Assembly: GCA_039545335.1 (NCBI GenBank)
Contig: BCIN01000001.1
Coordinates: forward strand, 2,607,136 to 2,671,135
Direction: 5' to 3'
DNA: 64,000 bases
Source of the DNA: Kondoa subrosea
Taxonomy: Eukaryota
In this document: one piece after another, positions 21,384 to 35,926 of the stretch
How the letters are laid out: each line of letters starts with the position of its first letter
Position numbering within the stretch: position 1 is the stretch's first letter
Notes under the pieces: generated by a model
Seen by the model: only the letters and a program-made list of their open reading frames with translations
Told to the model about the DNA's origin: nothing
Databases searched by the model: none
Made by a program: the position numbers and the translations under genes

Positions 21384-24300
21384 ATGACTTCTGCTTCTGA
21401 AACAGAACAAGATTCACCCTCTGCTTCTGCTTCTACTTCTACTAGGGTTCCACCTTCGAATTCATCCAATAGGACGCGTCGATTCAAGAAAGCTAAAAAA
21501 GAGTCTCTGGCTGCTCAATTACCTTCTGATTCCCAACGTGATGAATTAGCAACTCAACAACAACAACAACAAGATAGTGAAGATGATGAGGAAGAGGTGA
21601 ATAGAAGTGCTAAACGAAGGAAATTGAAACGTTCTACTACTTCAACTGAGGATGGGGATGGTTCTGAGCAAGAAAGTGAACCTGATCAACAACGATCTGA
21701 AGAAGAAGAGGATGAGGATGAGGAGGAGGAGAAAGTTGATAAGACTGATGTGAAACGGAAACCTACAAGAGATCCAAAAGATGGGTGCGTTACCCCTTCA
21801 TTACTTCTTGAGCGATAAAGTTGATGGTTTTGGAGGGTCGTAGGTACGAGAAAGGAGCTATAACTAGAATCGCTTGCAAGAACTTTATGACTTATGATTT
21901 CGTTGAATGCACTCCTGGTCCTCATCTGAACATGGTTATTGGTCCAAACGGTACAGGAAAATCTACAATAGTTTCCGCTATCGCATTAGGTCTGGGATAC
22001 TCTCCAAAGGTTCGTCGGCATTCGTCTATCTATACACTTAGCGGTATAGACTGAGACGTGACATTGACGAACAGGAATTGGGTCGAGCGAAGAACATTAA
22101 GGAATACGTCAAGAAACCTTCAGATGGTGAAGGTTGGGTAGAAATCGAATGCAAAAACGATCCAGGAAAGAAGAATATCGTAATCAGACGTTACATGTCT
22201 TCCGAGAGCGATAGTTCTAAATTCGAATTGAATGGTCAGTCAGTTTCGCATTTCATATCGAAATACATTCGATGAGACGTTTGATTGATTGACAGGAAAG
22301 AGCTCTACCCAAAAAGCTGTCAAAGAAGCTGTCTCTGCTTTGAATGTACAAGTCGATAATCTTTGGTACGTCATTCACGATGCTTCAGTTCATGTAAAGA
22401 GCTTAGCGTAGCGGATTATGCACAGCTGTTTCCTTCCTCAAGAACGAGTAGCCGAATTCGCCAGATTGAACCCTGCTAACCTTTTACGCGAAACTCAACG
22501 AACTGCAGGTCATAAGCAATTGACTGAATGGCATGATACTCTCATTCACGATAAACAGCGTCTGATGTCACTTAACATCGTGCGTTCATATCACCTTTTG
22601 CCCTTTTGGGCTCATGGTGACCGTTGAATACGCACAGGCTTTGGACGCGGAAAGAGTTACCCTCAAGCAAGAAGAAGATGCTAATAAATCTAATGAACGT
22701 GATGTTCGTCGATATGAAGAACGTCAAGGTATAGAGAAAGAGGTGCGACATTTCGTTCAACTATGCTCGCTAGTCGTGCTTCGTTGAATTCGATTTGATC
22801 GCACAGATCAATGTCTTGAAAGTCCAAATTCCATTCTCTAAATATTCTGAAGCGAGAAACGAAATCCAAATTGAAAAGGAAGCGATTCGAGAACTCAAGA
22901 TTGCTTTGAAAGAAAAGGAAGCTGAAAATGCGCCTTATGTCGTTGCGAGACAAAAGTTGAAAGCTACTATTCGAGCTACGGAAGCGACCAAAGCTAGTTT
23001 ACAGCAGAAGATGACTAAAAGTGAAGATGAGCAGAGAAAGAAGATGGAGCAATGCAATAGAGCAGTGAGTTTGGCCATTTGAGCTTCCTGTGCGCCAGGT
23101 GTCAAAGTATCCAATCTCACAGAAAAATATGTCGGAAGATATTAGAAACAAGCTTGAAAACGTTGCTTCAGAAGAGAAGCAAAGAATAGATAAGATCAAA
23201 GCGCTTGAAAGACTCGTCGCAAAGCTGGAAGAACAGACTTCGGAGGCAAACAGACCTCAAGTTGACCCAACTGCTGTCAATGCCGAACTTGTGAGTAGTC
23301 ACAACGATTGGATGGCAGCGATCACATTCCTCATCAATTCACCTATTACAGACTCGGGTTGCAGCTTTGATGCGAGGCTTGACACAAGAGATCCATGCAG
23401 TACAGGACCTACAAAGACAAAAGATTGACGAGAAGGGTGTCTTGAACAGACAAATTGATCATCTTAAAGGTCAAGTTGAGCAGCTCAAATCCGTCCAAAG
23501 ACAAAAAGAAGAACATCTCAGAAACGATCGTGGTTTGCTTACTGGACCTCGAGGAAACCAAGTCAACGGTACTTATGAAGCTATGAACTGGCTAAGGCAG
23601 CATCAACATCTTCTCAAAGATGTTGTTTACGAGCCTGTGAGATTGGTAGCCAATTCTGTCAACCCTCAATCGGCGAAATTTCTCGAAGCTTGTATCAACT
23701 TTGATCGTTCCAAGGTAAGAGCTGTCAGAGTGGCGGCGAAAAGACACAGCTGACAGAGTTCTTAGACTTTTCTCTGCCGCTCCAACGAAGACTACGATCT
23801 GTTGGCTGATGAATGGAATAAGAAGCGCAACTGGCGTGTAAATGTAGCTTCACTTGGTAACTGCGGTTCTCTTGAATCCTTCCATGCGCCAGTACCAGTT
23901 GAAGAGGTAGAAGCACTTTTCCGGCCGTGCTGCACTCATGCTGATGCTCCTTAGATCCGACGTCTTGGCTTCGATGGCTATGCTCTAGATTTACTGGAAG
24001 CTCCAGAGGACATCAAGAGATATCTATGTCAGCAATCCAACCTTCATCGTATTGTACGTCGTCTGGCCTGTGTAAAAAGTCGTACCTTAGTGATGAACGT
24101 AGCCTATCTCGACATCTGACCGAGATGTCAATGCTTCGCCTTTCGAAAATGCGACCTCTGGTATTCAACGATATATATACAAAGGCAAATCTCTGCAATT
24201 TGGCTTTTCTGCCTACGGTGCTAGGGCATACTATTCGCAAGAGATCGATGTCAAGCCTCCGCAATGGTGCGGCAAAACATGTCAGTGCTCTTTTATAGCA

Positions 24301-26125
24301 GATAAATAAATTGTTCTGATTGTCTCGAGTAGTCGATGTTGACGCTATGAAGGCTCTTACCGATCAGATCGAGGAAAGACAAGCATCCATCAAAGCCATT
24401 GACGAGGCCTTGCATCCTTTCAGAGTGCAAGAAAATGAGATTCGCAATAGGAGTCCACCTTTGCAAGAAGAAAAGGTTGGAGAACATAATGCTTAGCACT
24501 AACGCTCATGCTAATTTTGATACTGCAGAAACAACTGATGGCTCAGAAGCAAGAGATGGAGAAGCTGCAAGCAGCATATCAACAAGCCAAAACCAAACTA
24601 GGTATGCGATACATGCCTGGCCAAGACACTTGTTGACACAATGCAAACAGTGGCTGATCGAAAGAATTTGGAAAGAGCAAGAGCAGCCCCTTCGGGCGAA
24701 GACAAGAAAAGAGAACTCACCCATAAATTGCGCAAGCTTGCAACCGCCAGATATGAGGTTGCCAAGCAGCTTGCGGGGACCGTCTCTACTCAATTGGCGC
24801 TGCAGTCGGAAGTTTCTTACAGTGTCTTGGAACTACTTGATGCGCAGGCCAAGTATCAAGGTTTAGAAGCTACCGTTTCTGCAGCCAGTTCAGATTTGAA
24901 ATCTATGCAGGAAGATTACGATATTCGTACGCATTCCTGCATCATTGTCTTGCAATCTTGATGCCGTTTGTAGGGCAAGCTACCTACATGGGAACCGTCA
25001 ACGCTGCCCGTGCTATACTTGACAAGGCTACCGAACGACTCAATTCGTCTGATTCCGACACTCAACAAGAATACGAGGATCGTAGACAGAGAGACGGTGG
25101 CCTCAAGCCCGCCGAAGAGCTGGAGGCCTCATTACAAGAGCAACTGATCTTGCTTGAATCTGCTGCAAATGTTGGTCAAGGAGTCATCAAACAGTATAAA
25201 GCTCGACTAGAGAAGATCAATCAGCGCAAAGAAACAATAGAAGCACATGAGAGGAAAGAAGCTATCCTGGCAAAAGCGGTCTCCAGAGTAGAGGTGCGTC
25301 CAGCATACTTCCGTCAATTGTAAAGCTGATGCACTTTTTGCAGAAAAAATACGTACCGGCAGTTGAAAGTCTGGTTGATCAAGTTAACATCGCTTTTGGC
25401 GAAGCTTTCGAGGGTGAGCCTAATATACGGACATTGAGTTCCTTTAGCTGACCTCATGTTACAGCTATGGGATGTTCTGGTGAAGTTGGCATACAGAGAG
25501 ATGAGTAGGTCATACTGTCGCGTGGTTCTATATGTAGCTCATGGAACACTCAAAGGGACTACGCCAAATGGGGAATCCAAGTTTTGGTTTCATTCCGAGA
25601 TGGTGCGCCTCTGGAAGTCCTGACCGGAACAAGACAATCTGGCGGTGTAGGTTCCTCGGCCTTCTTCCTGTGCTCAAGCTGATTATAATGGCAGGAACGC
25701 TCTCTGTCGACTATCCTGTATCTCATGAGTTTGACCAAGATCGCTACCGCACCTTTTTCTCTAGTAGATGAGATCAACCAAGGCATGGACGCTCGTGCTG
25801 AGCGAGCTGTGATGGATCTTATGGTCAAGAAGATTTGCGAAGAGGGAGCGTCTCAGTAAGCCGTCTTTGCGACTTCTACCGACCTCGTGCTTAAGGTCGA
25901 TGCAGATACTTCATCATTACACCCAAACTCTTGCAAGGGCTGACATATGCCGAGCGAATGAAGGTTCTTTGCGTCAATAATGGAGAGGTCCGCAATCCTT
26001 AATTCATAGGCCTGAGAATTCGCTGATCCATCTCGCAGTGGCTGCCGGATGCCTTCTCCATGTCTGAATGGATTGCGAAGAAGCAGCGCGGCACTCCCTT
26101 CAGAGACAGGAGCAATAATGTTTGA
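21384..26125 (+). CDS. SMC5: Structural maintenance of chromosomes protein 5
   Basis: NFMTYD..PGPHLNMVIGPNGTGKSTIVSAIALGLG, FLPQERVAEFA, coiled coils, QSGGERSLSTILYLMSL, VDEINQGMD, SQYFIITPKLL. Confidence 0.95.
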
Positions 26126-26171
26126 TGTTCGATATCAGGCTTCGTCCGATCTTTTGTACCACTGTTTTGTA

Positions 26172-27225
26172 TCAGGATTTCGCCAATAAGGCATGCAAGG
26201 TTTGACACCTTTGTTTTGCTAATTGTATACAATGCTCTAATTGCTTGGTTCCCGGGAGCAGACCTCCCGCTTGCCAAACATGTTTCACTCGATTCTGTTC
26301 GTCTAAAGCTATTGTCACAAATGTCTGACAATGATTTTCTTCGAAAGAATCTGGATCTGATATCAGAGTATTTCTAGGCGATTTTAGTGAAACATTTAAA
26401 GGTGGACATGAAAAGACTGACTGCTGTATCACGCCCATTGAAGCTGAAAGGATGGTACTCCGTATTTGGAGTGATTCTATGTTATCTGATGTAGCATAGG
26501 CAGTTCCAACATCCGCGTCCCATTCAGTCTGAGGTAATCGGGCTATAGGCCAACGAAGACATCTCAGCTTGACATGAAAGCTGTCATATCTTCGGGCCTA
26601 CCGTTTCGACACGCTGCCATTACTGCTAACAGTGCCGCATCCAGCGCATTCCCATCGTAATTTATGCATACTAGGTCGATATGAAGGACCCAAGCAGCTT
26701 TGCCGGGTTCGATGCAGAGAGTATGTAGAGGGATGAAAGAAGATCTGAACAATGATCAGCGTAAACATACAGCAAGTGACAGAGAGAACCAACGACTGTA
26801 TAATGTCCTTTATCCGACTTGCTAAGATTTGTGCTTCATCGCTAGGAGGACCAGGGCGGAATTGAGAAGAAGAAAGAGCAGATAATTCAATATTCGGTAC
26901 TATAGCATTATTCTGAGCTCTGTCTCACTCTCGTACATGGGCTTCGAAAATGCAACAAACCTATGAAACCAGATTTTGGTTTGAGAACATCTGGTTCTGC
27001 TACTTGCGCCCTGACACCGCAGAGCACAGTCGTTTCTCCGATTCGTACTAGAGCGGATCCATTGGCTGTAGAAATGCTGCCTGTGTTTATAGACACATCA
27101 CGAAAATGTTCGAAAGATCTGCCTTGATGTCGGATGTTATGGCTCAAGAAGGCTTCGAGGTATGTCTTTGGCTGTAATCGTTTGAGCTCTGCTGAAGTCT
27201 TGAGCAGAGAAGCTTCGTCGGACAT
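26172..27225 (-). CDS. RRP43: Exosome core subunit Rrp43/EXOSC8 (RNase PH-like)
   Basis: KRLQPKTYLEAFL..GRSFEHFRDVSINTGSISTANGSALVRIG, VPNIEL..FRPGPPSDEAQ, LCIEPGKAAWVLHIDLVCINYDGNALDA. Confidence 0.92.
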
Positions 27226-27322
27226 GATTGTCTGGTAGAAGTCCCGAGTGAAATATCAACAGGCAGCAGAATCTGCTGCGGGGCTACTGCAATTGGATGA
27301 TATTCTCTGGCATTGATATCTA

Positions 27323-30173
27323 CTATGCCTCGCCCTCTTTCTTCCGCTTACTCTTCTTCTTCTTCGAGCCAACAACCCGGACTTTCACTCCCTCTTCAGC
27401 TGTCTTGACTGGTGCTTCGTCAATTACAGGTGTCTGAGGAGTGACTGCTCTGGAGGCTTCTTTTGACGATTCGGCATTGTCGTTCTTTCGCAGTAAATGA
27501 CCTGCAGGTAGTTCACCTTCAGTATCGATAAAGATTGGCGGAGGTGTCGGTACTCTTTCTACCGGTATAGAAGCTTGAGTTGATGCTCTCGAAGGAGAAG
27601 GTCGAACTATGCAGCTATTAGTAACCAGTCATTCGGAAACGAGGGGTTAACTCACTTGGACCAAGATCAATCTTGACAATCGGTATATCGTCAATATCTT
27701 CTTCCTCGGCAGCACGATCTTTGTCTTTCCGCTTCTTCTTCTTCTGCCCATAGTCATCAGTTCATAAGACCATAGTCGCACAAGGATTATTCACCTTTTT
27801 GCCTGAACCTTCTTCCAAGATGTCCTTCTTCTTGCTCTTTTTGGCTTTCGTGCCATATCCGTTCAAATCGACTTCCGAAGGAGTATGAGAGAACCCTCCT
27901 CTCGGTCTTCCATACTCATCCACAGCATTGTCGTGCATAGGTAAAACATTCGGTGGAGCAGGAATAGAAGTAGGTGAGATCCAAGAGTCTAGATCTAATC
28001 CATCTGGAATAGCTACAAGACTTTGAGCTTTCTCGTTGACTGGATTGAGTTCGTGCGCGAAGAAAAGGGGTGGTAACAAGCTAAGACCTAATGGAGCGAT
28101 ATTGCTTTGGTCTTCTTGTTGATTGGCTGTTTCTTCCTCAGCGAACGGGTTAGGTTCATCGTTGTTCACTTGTGTAGGGTATGGTTTTGGGGATGATTGA
28201 GGTGGAAGTGCTAGGTTGACGATGACTGCGCGCATAAGTAGAGGCAATTCGTACATCTGCCAAACATCTCAGCATGAACCCTCTTCACTTAGTGATCGAT
28301 TTACCTGTTCGGAAGGTTCGCAATCCCTCAAATCTTCAGCCCACCTTTTGACTTCCGACAATGTCGCTCGATCTTGCCATTGCCCGCTTTCCTCCAATGA
28401 AGCACACCACCTAGCAAAGACTTTAATAGCAGCATACAATTGACCAGTGCTCATCAAGCCTTGTATAGCTTTCCTCCATTCTTTTGCATCCGAACAATAT
28501 TCACCAATAACCCAAGCACATGCAACCGACATGATTTGATCAGGTAGAAGTGAAAGACAAGTAGTCACAGCGTATGGTCGAACACCCTTTGCTCTGGCGC
28601 TCACATCGATCAAAGTGGATGATACTTCAGATTCTAGTTTTGAATCAGAGAGCGAATTGGCTGTTCTTGCTAAAGTAGCCAAAAGGTCAATGAACCAGTG
28701 AAAATTGGTGATATTGGAATAGGTTGAGGCGGTACACATTTTAAGAATAAGTCGAATTAGAGTAGCTTTGTAAGCTGGAGTGAGAATAGTTGGAGTTGCA
28801 GCTACAGTCGGCGCTGATGATCCTGATGAAGCTATAGAGGTCAGAGCGTCGACTGCAGATGTTTTTGGTGCAGCTGTAAGGTGAGATAAGAGCTTCTTGA
28901 CAACTACTTGCAAATTTGAGCGATCAATCATTCCGTCGAGTAAGTCCAGGGCGCGAGATCGTATCGATACGTCGGAGTCGTCTATTAGAGATAGAATGGT
29001 TGCAGAGTGCTGAGTGATGAGATAAGGATGAGTAGGAAGTAGCTTGTTCAATGCGAGAAGAGCGATATATCGTACTACAATTGCGATCAGCTAGATCTGA
29101 AGCAGACGCACGCGATCAACTTACAATTCTGATCACTGTCTTCCAAGAAGGTAGCCAGCTTGTTGACACAGGTTTTCGCCAAGGGCTCGTTATCAACCAG
29201 CATTCCACCTGCAATGACTGCATGTATGCACTCGTACAGCAAAGACATAGCAGGAGTAGTACTGATGAGAGTAGTCAGAGGTGGAAGCAGCTTTCGAACT
29301 AATCGAGGTTCGACAGGTGTAAGCAAAGCGAAAAGTTTGATCAGTTTGATTAAAGTCCAGTTATTGGTGCTCGAAGTCAGTAAATCGAAGCATTCTGGCG
29401 CCAATCGAAGAAACGGAACTCGATCTTCTTCATTTGCACACGATCGAGCCAATTCTAGCATGACATTGACAGTTGCGCCAACGACAGAGGAGTCTTCGTC
29501 AAGTAGCTTCTCTGCTAGTTTGTCCAGAATCGTTTCTTGTGATACGGGAAGAGTTGAAGATGGAGTCGCGGACCAAAGAGAGCCCAGTACAAGTACTGCT
29601 GCTTTGCGAACTTGAGGACGAGAGTGCGATAATTGGCGAAGGAGTTCAGGATGAAGATCTTCTGATAATTGACTGGAAGAGACGAGCAGAGGTGGTAGAG
29701 AGGTAATAGTCAGCAGGAGAGATGTAGGTACAGGAGAGGGCGTTGATAGATCCTGTTCGATGTCAGCTAGATTTGAAAGCGATTCATTTGTAGCAAACCT
29801 TCTTGATTAGATTATTCGTTAGCAGAATAACCTCATTTCCCTCAGCAAAGCTTTGACTTGCAGCAAGATAACCTATTTGCTTGATGTGGAATCTTGGCGA
29901 CGACATGCATTCGACTACTGTAAACGAGTATTGCGCCAAATGAGAGTGACCGAGCATCTCAAGCTGCGCACATAAGATCAGCACGCCGATTGCATTGGAC
30001 TCAGCTGAACCTACATAGGTCAGCTTGAGGACGGCTCCAGCCTTGATATCCCAATCTGCTGACTTGACTTCCCTTGCGATTTCTGACAAGGCAGAGCGGA
30101 CAACCTTTGCTTCATCATTCTTGGAAGCCCGCAGCCCTTTGATCAATCCGGCGAGACTTTGCTCAAACACCAT
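27323..30173 (-). CDS. APL5: AP-3 complex subunit delta
   Basis: MVFEQSLAGLIKGLRA, KQIGYLAASQSF, TSSTNNWTLIKLIKLFALLTPVEPRLVRKL, EDSDQN, DVSIRSRALDL, ELNPVNEKAQSLVAIPDGLDLDSWI. Confidence 0.95.
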
Positions 30174-30719
30174 ATTTCCTGACCGAGCAACCCTTCAACA
30201 CAGCTGGGCTCGAGTTGTCTTGTTTTACTTGCTAGTGGTGACCAATCTTCTCTGCAGCCCTGCTGCGCTGTCACCGGGCGAAACCAAACAAGCTCAATGC
30301 GACAATTCAAGCTCTTCCTGTATCCGCCAATCGCAACAGGTCTCGCTTCACTTTGCTGGCCAATGCACTGTTGGTCCTATGCTTATCTAGCGTTTGCTGG
30401 CGAATCGCAATTGCATTAATCAGGACGGGTAGAACGAAGCGTTTCTGGACAAGCTACATTTTCACATCATCTCGCTGTTCACGCCCTTCTTCTCCTGATC
30501 TGGCTAGCCTATGTCTCGCTTTGCGTTCTACTTATGCTATTATACTAACTCGTTCTCTCATCTGCCTCGTCACTGGCTCGAAGGCTTGAATACCTTTTCC
30601 GCTTTGCTCTCTTTACTTGAAACGACCGACTTCGTTCTCTTCTCAGCATTGCCTGTTATTACGCGCCTTGATCTGATACGGGAACTACCTGACCCCAGGT
30701 GTTGGAGAGCCTATCTCAA

Positions 30720-32422
30720 ATGGATCAACCTAAACTACGAATCGCTATTATTGGAGGAGGAATCGCAGGTCTATGCACCGCTCTAGCCATACAGAAACAT
30801 CAAGAAGAAGAAAGTGGGGCGAATGTTGAATTCACCTTGTTTGAGCAAAGCGCGAAATGGAGTGAAATTGGAGCTGGTGTTGGATTTGGACCAAATGCTC
30901 AGACAGCGCTCAAAGCTTTAGGACCAAAAGTTGAAGAAGCGGTTACGAAAGTCACGAGGAATGATCAATCGGATCCAGATACTTGGATATGTTTTAGAGT
31001 TGGAGAACAGACGCATCCTCAATGTATGCAAGAGATCTATACAGTGAGATTATTTGGCGCTAGATGTAGAGTCTGCTGATATAATTACACAGGTCAAAGG
31101 CAAACAAAGCGGAGCTGGTAACTGTCATCGAGCCGATCTACTGGAAGAACTGTCTGTATTGATCAAACCAGGCAATTCCCGCTTTGGCTACCGCTGCACA
31201 TCATACTCTACATCAGAAAAAGGCGTTCAACTTCACTTTGAAAATCATCCGAGCGAAACATACGATGTTGCGATAGCTTGCGACGGGGTGAAATCCAGGC
31301 TTCGACGGTGTCTATATAAACGCAAAGGTCTCGATGTACAGAAACAAGCTGCTAGATATTCAGAATGGGTTGTTTGGCGTGGACTAATTCCTATTGAAAC
31401 TTCTGAAGCAGCTTTGGGTAAAGCTACGAAAGTGTCACAGTTGTTTTGCGGTCAGAATCGGTGAACCGAATGTTGAGTTTGCAGGACACAGACTGATGAT
31501 GTGATTCAGACATCTGCTGGTCTTTCCTATTCGAGGTGGAAAACTCATCAATATCGTTGGCTTTGTTCTCGATGAAGAGCACAAGAAATTGGGATCCCAT
31601 GATGGACCTTTCACGGAGTACAGACCTGCGCAAGAAATGCTGGAAGACTTTGCGACCTTCTCAGAACCGTGTAGAAAAGTATTGCAGGTGTGTTGATCGT
31701 GATTTGGTATGGTCGCGATTCTCAATTGGCTTAATAGGCGATAGAAAAGCCAAGCGTTTGTGAGCTTTCAGCTATATGCTTGCGCATTCAGCTCAAAGAC
31801 TACTCAGGGGGCATCTTCACAGTCCCTGAGTTGGAGGTAGCTACGGATGGATGTCTTGCGTTGATTGGCGATGCGGTGTGTTGTTCTCTTCCATTCGCAC
31901 CGCATGGATCTAATATCGCACAGGGACACGCAATGACTCCACGTGAGCTGACATTCGGTCAAATGATGGAGCCTGACTTATATTGCTGTGGAAATACAGA
32001 TCAAGGATCAGGAGCAGGTCAAGCTGTCGAAGTATGGGCTTCACCTTCCAGATGTTCCGCTTGCTGATCGAGGCTTCAGGATGCTGTATTTCTCGCTGCT
32101 CTACTTTGCGATTCTCGAGTAGCCCGGTGTGAAACGTCTAAGCGTTCAAGCAAGATACAAGAAGTCATGCAGCTCTTCCAAGAAGTCAGACACTCGCGAG
32201 CAACCAAAGTACAGTAAGCATTTCCGCATCAGCAGAGATAGCTTAACTCATTGAGCGTTCAGGCGGACCTCGAGGGAAGCTGGTCTACTATACGAGTTTC
32301 GAGGTTTGCAGGATGAAGGCGATTCGCCGGACAAAATCAAAGCTAGTCTATCGGAACGGATGCAATGGATTTGGGATCACGACATCGAAGAAGACATTCA
32401 GAGAGCGCTGAAGTCGATGTGA
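30720..32422 (+). CDS. FAD-dependent monooxygenase, salicylate-hydroxylase-like
   Basis: IAIIGGGIAGL, EIGAGVGFGPNA, HRADLL, ACDGVKS, WRGLIP, LIGDAGHAMTPHQGSGAGQAVEDA, RMQWIWDHD. Confidence 0.92.
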
Positions 32423-32468
32423 ATCATTGTATACAGGAAATTTGTCATTATTGTACATCAATTGGAAA

Positions 32469-33573
32469 CTATTCGTAAAATTCTGGATTCCGACGGAAAG
32501 ACTTGAAAACCTCCCAGTCATGTCCAAAGCAGATGGAAGCATCATATTGCTGAACCAGGCGCTTGATCATGCAGTGTGAGCGATACCAGGAATCTAACAT
32601 CAGATGTTTCAGCTAGAGTTGTGCTACGAATGTTGTGTGGAGACGCACTGTGATCGCGTGCAAGCCAGCCTTGAGGTGTTCCTTCGAAATTCTCTTTGAC
32701 TGTCGAGATCGTTAGCGCGGACAAATACTTCTAGTGGAACAACCTACCATGATATTGATCTGTCGTAAAGATGAAAGTTTTCCCTCCTGCAAGGTGTAAC
32801 ATCATACAGACCAGACCAGGCGTATGTCCAGGTGCATGAAGAAGGTGTAAGCCAGGGAATAACTCCAGTTGACTATCGTTGAAGGTTTGCCAATTGAGGC
32901 CGAGATGCATGTAGTGAGGTAAGTAGACTCCGAGATCATTTTTCGTGGCTATAGCCCAATAAGAGTGCTTTAGTTCTTCCTCGTGCACATAGATGGTGAC
33001 ATCTTTTCGGTCTTTGAAGTAAGTGTCCAATCCGCCAGCATGATCGAGGTGCCTGGACCGAACGCAATGAGCCTGAGATGAAGACTTGAATCAGAGACGC
33101 ACAGATGACCCATAATGACTGTCTTGACATCCTTGATGTCGTGCCCAGCTTTCTTAATCTGCGCTGGCAAAGTTGTCTCTTGGGACAAAGGTCTTGGATT
33201 GGGTGCAAAGACATCTTGGAGCACGTCTCCCCAAGTTGCGTCCATGTTCTCGCCGCAGCCAGTTTCGAACAGGATTAGACCATCTTGACCTGGCATTTCA
33301 ATGAGAGCCGCACAAACGACTAGTTTTCTTCGCTTGTTTTCAGGGTTTGGGCTATCGTATCGTGAGAAGCAGAAACACAGCAGGAGGATAGGACTTACTT
33401 TGAAGCAGTAGAAGCATTTCCGCCTCTCGTGAAGAAGCCTTCATCAGCGTCCAAGTTGCCTATGAGCGTACCATCAGATCCACTTTGGTCCCTATAACTT
33501 CATGCTCACCCAGGTGTAAGAACCACAGTTTCGTGCCAGCAGGACAGGTTCTGGTTGGAGTGAATCCTTTCAT
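32469..33573 (-). CDS. Metallo-beta-lactamase-fold lactonase (AHL-lactonase / fungal gamma-lactamase-like)
   Basis: GLILFETG, spliced MGHLHLDHAGGL (HxHxDH), APGHTPG, FTTDQY, QGWLARDH, FGHD. Confidence 0.92.
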
Positions 33574-34153
33574 GGCCGCGGGTAGTTTGAACACACAGGA
33601 GATCAGCAAAGGAGATTCTTGAACAGCTTCGGTCAACAAGTGTAGAAGGAGGAGAGAAAAAGCAGAATGAGAAGACGCAAGAGAGCTCTCGCTAGGCTGT
33701 ATCCAACGCATTCACCCGAAAACAGATTACGTAATTCTCCGCCCGCATAATCTTCCAATCTTCTAAGGTTCTGCTAACAGCCTACTTCAAGATACTTGAG
33801 GATGTCCAGTACATTAAAGCATACGTATCCTGAGATCCTCTAGAGCTGTTGCTAGCGTGGTCGTCGCCCAAGGGAACCTGTCTTCTTCAACTTGTTATCT
33901 TTTCCCACGTGGTTATACCTGCCACGTCAAATCCGGCAGTGTGCTGACAGCCTGAGCATGAGGGCCAGAACTCCTGTGAGCTCTCATCCTCGGTCACCGA
34001 GAGGATGCATTGCCTTCGCAGGACCGATGACCGATGAACTATATCGCTAGAAGTTTCACTCCAGCTTCTTCCTCTCTGCCTCTTTCTCAGTTTTCTCCTT
34101 TGTCTCCTTGCTCTTGAACAAGCTTCTCTCCTTGAAATACTTTCGCGCAAACA

Positions 34154-35926
34154 ATGTCTGACATTAACGATTGTTCGCTGTTCAACACTGTTGTCGGGAG
34201 CGCAAACCTTTGTACTGGTGAGCTAGCCCTCTTTACAGATTCTACTGCATATTTGCTCATAGACGTGTAATCTCAGGCAAGGTGGAATGGAATGAATGTA
34301 TGTGATCGGAATAGCGTTGCCTTGATCTGTTGAAACAAAACCCCTCCAGTCGACTATCCGGCTTCCAAAGGAGCTTGCTACTTCTTCACTATCGCTTTTG
34401 CCATCAGCTTCTTGATCCACACTGGCCAGGCAATCAAGTTCAGGGTAGGTAAAATTCTTCGAATCTTTGCAGCTGTTTTGAACTTGTCAATAAAAACAGA
34501 CTTGGTCTATGCTATGGACTGCTGCTGCTTGTGCTGCTCTAGAGTGGGTTCAGTGTACTAATGTTGTTAATGTCGCTCACTGATCTTTTCAGATCATTGG
34601 GCTGGTCGGCGAGGTCCATTCACTTTCAGAGACCTGGCTGACAGATAATATCGTATCAGGGGAGGTCGCTTAGGTGTTGCACTCAACGAAGAGTGGTTTC
34701 CAGTTCTCGGGGGTTATTGGAGCAACGTTTCGTAAGTCTGGCTTTAATATCTGTATGCAATTCGTAATACTTATTTTTCACTTTGCCTGACTAGAGACAG
34801 CTTCTTCCTGATGCAGTAGGTCCTCACGACTTCAGATATACAGCCTTCACTGCTGAATATATTTCAGAATCTGCACTCTCATCATCATAAGTTCTTTTGC
34901 TCCCCTTTCAAGTACATCTAGCTGACTTGATAATCACGGACCGGCGTTTTTGGCAGCCGCTTGCTATATTTCGCTGTACGTCTCTCTAGATTTTCGGAAT
35001 TGACCATCATACATCGAGTTCTAGCGGTTGGGTTATCAATTTCCTTGGTCCTCAGTATTCGCCGTTGAAGCCTAGAACATACCTGATACTGTTCGTCACT
35101 GGAGACGTCTTCTCTTTGGTCATTCAAGCTGCTGGCAAGTGTCTTCTTGCCGAGCTTTTACAATGCTTATGGAATAACAAACAGGCGGAGGTATAGCATC
35201 AGCTGCTAGTGATCTTGCCGGAGCGTAAGTCATCTTTATGACGAGGCTGACGTCTGATGATGGGATTACAGCGATGTCGGCGCGCATATAATGGTGTGTT
35301 TTGGCCTAAATACACTGAACCAAATTAATGACTTGCTAGTTGGCTGGTATTGTCTTCCAGCTTGTAAGTTCTATGCTGCTGTTTATTGAGCAGATCTTAT
35401 TGGCATGTCCGCACAGGTCATCATGCTTGCTTTCTTTTCGGTCTACTTCATGTTTTTTACCAAACTTCGTGCTGGTCTCTCTCGTGCTGGTATCAAGAGC
35501 GATCGCAAACCCATGATCCTGCTCTATGGAATTTTTGGCGTAATGCTTTTCATCTTGATTCGTAGTGTCTACGTGAGTTGTATCCTGATGAACGACAGGA
35601 AAGCTAAAATGGTCGATACAGCGTGTGGCCGAATTATCCCATGGCTGGAACAGCTCAATCATTCATAACCAGGGTCTCTTCAATGGCTTGTAAGTCCAAA
35701 GCTTGCTCGGTTGTATTTGTATGCTCATGGCCCGGAACAGAGATGGAGCTATGATGGTAAATTTACCTCTTATATTGTGTACTCCTTCCAACATGCTTTC
35801 CAGATCGTCGCTACCTACCTTATGAACATCTTCCATCCTGGTCAATGGCTACCGAAAGGCAACTACAACGTCAAAGCTCACCCAACCGGAACTGCTATCA
35901 ATGAAAAACCGTTGCGAACTGTCTGA
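34154..35926 (+). CDS. RTA1-like multi-pass membrane protein, many short exons
   Basis: IIGLVGE, FFLMQ..ALIII, YLILFVTGDVFSLVIQAAGGGIAS, AGIVFQL, FILIRSVY, ELSHGW, YDG, LMNIFHPGQWLP. Confidence 0.85.

Noticed and set aside
21555..21730. (CAA)n and GAG/GAA tracts
   Set aside because: Ordinary poly-Q and acidic coding low complexity in the SMC5 N-terminus.
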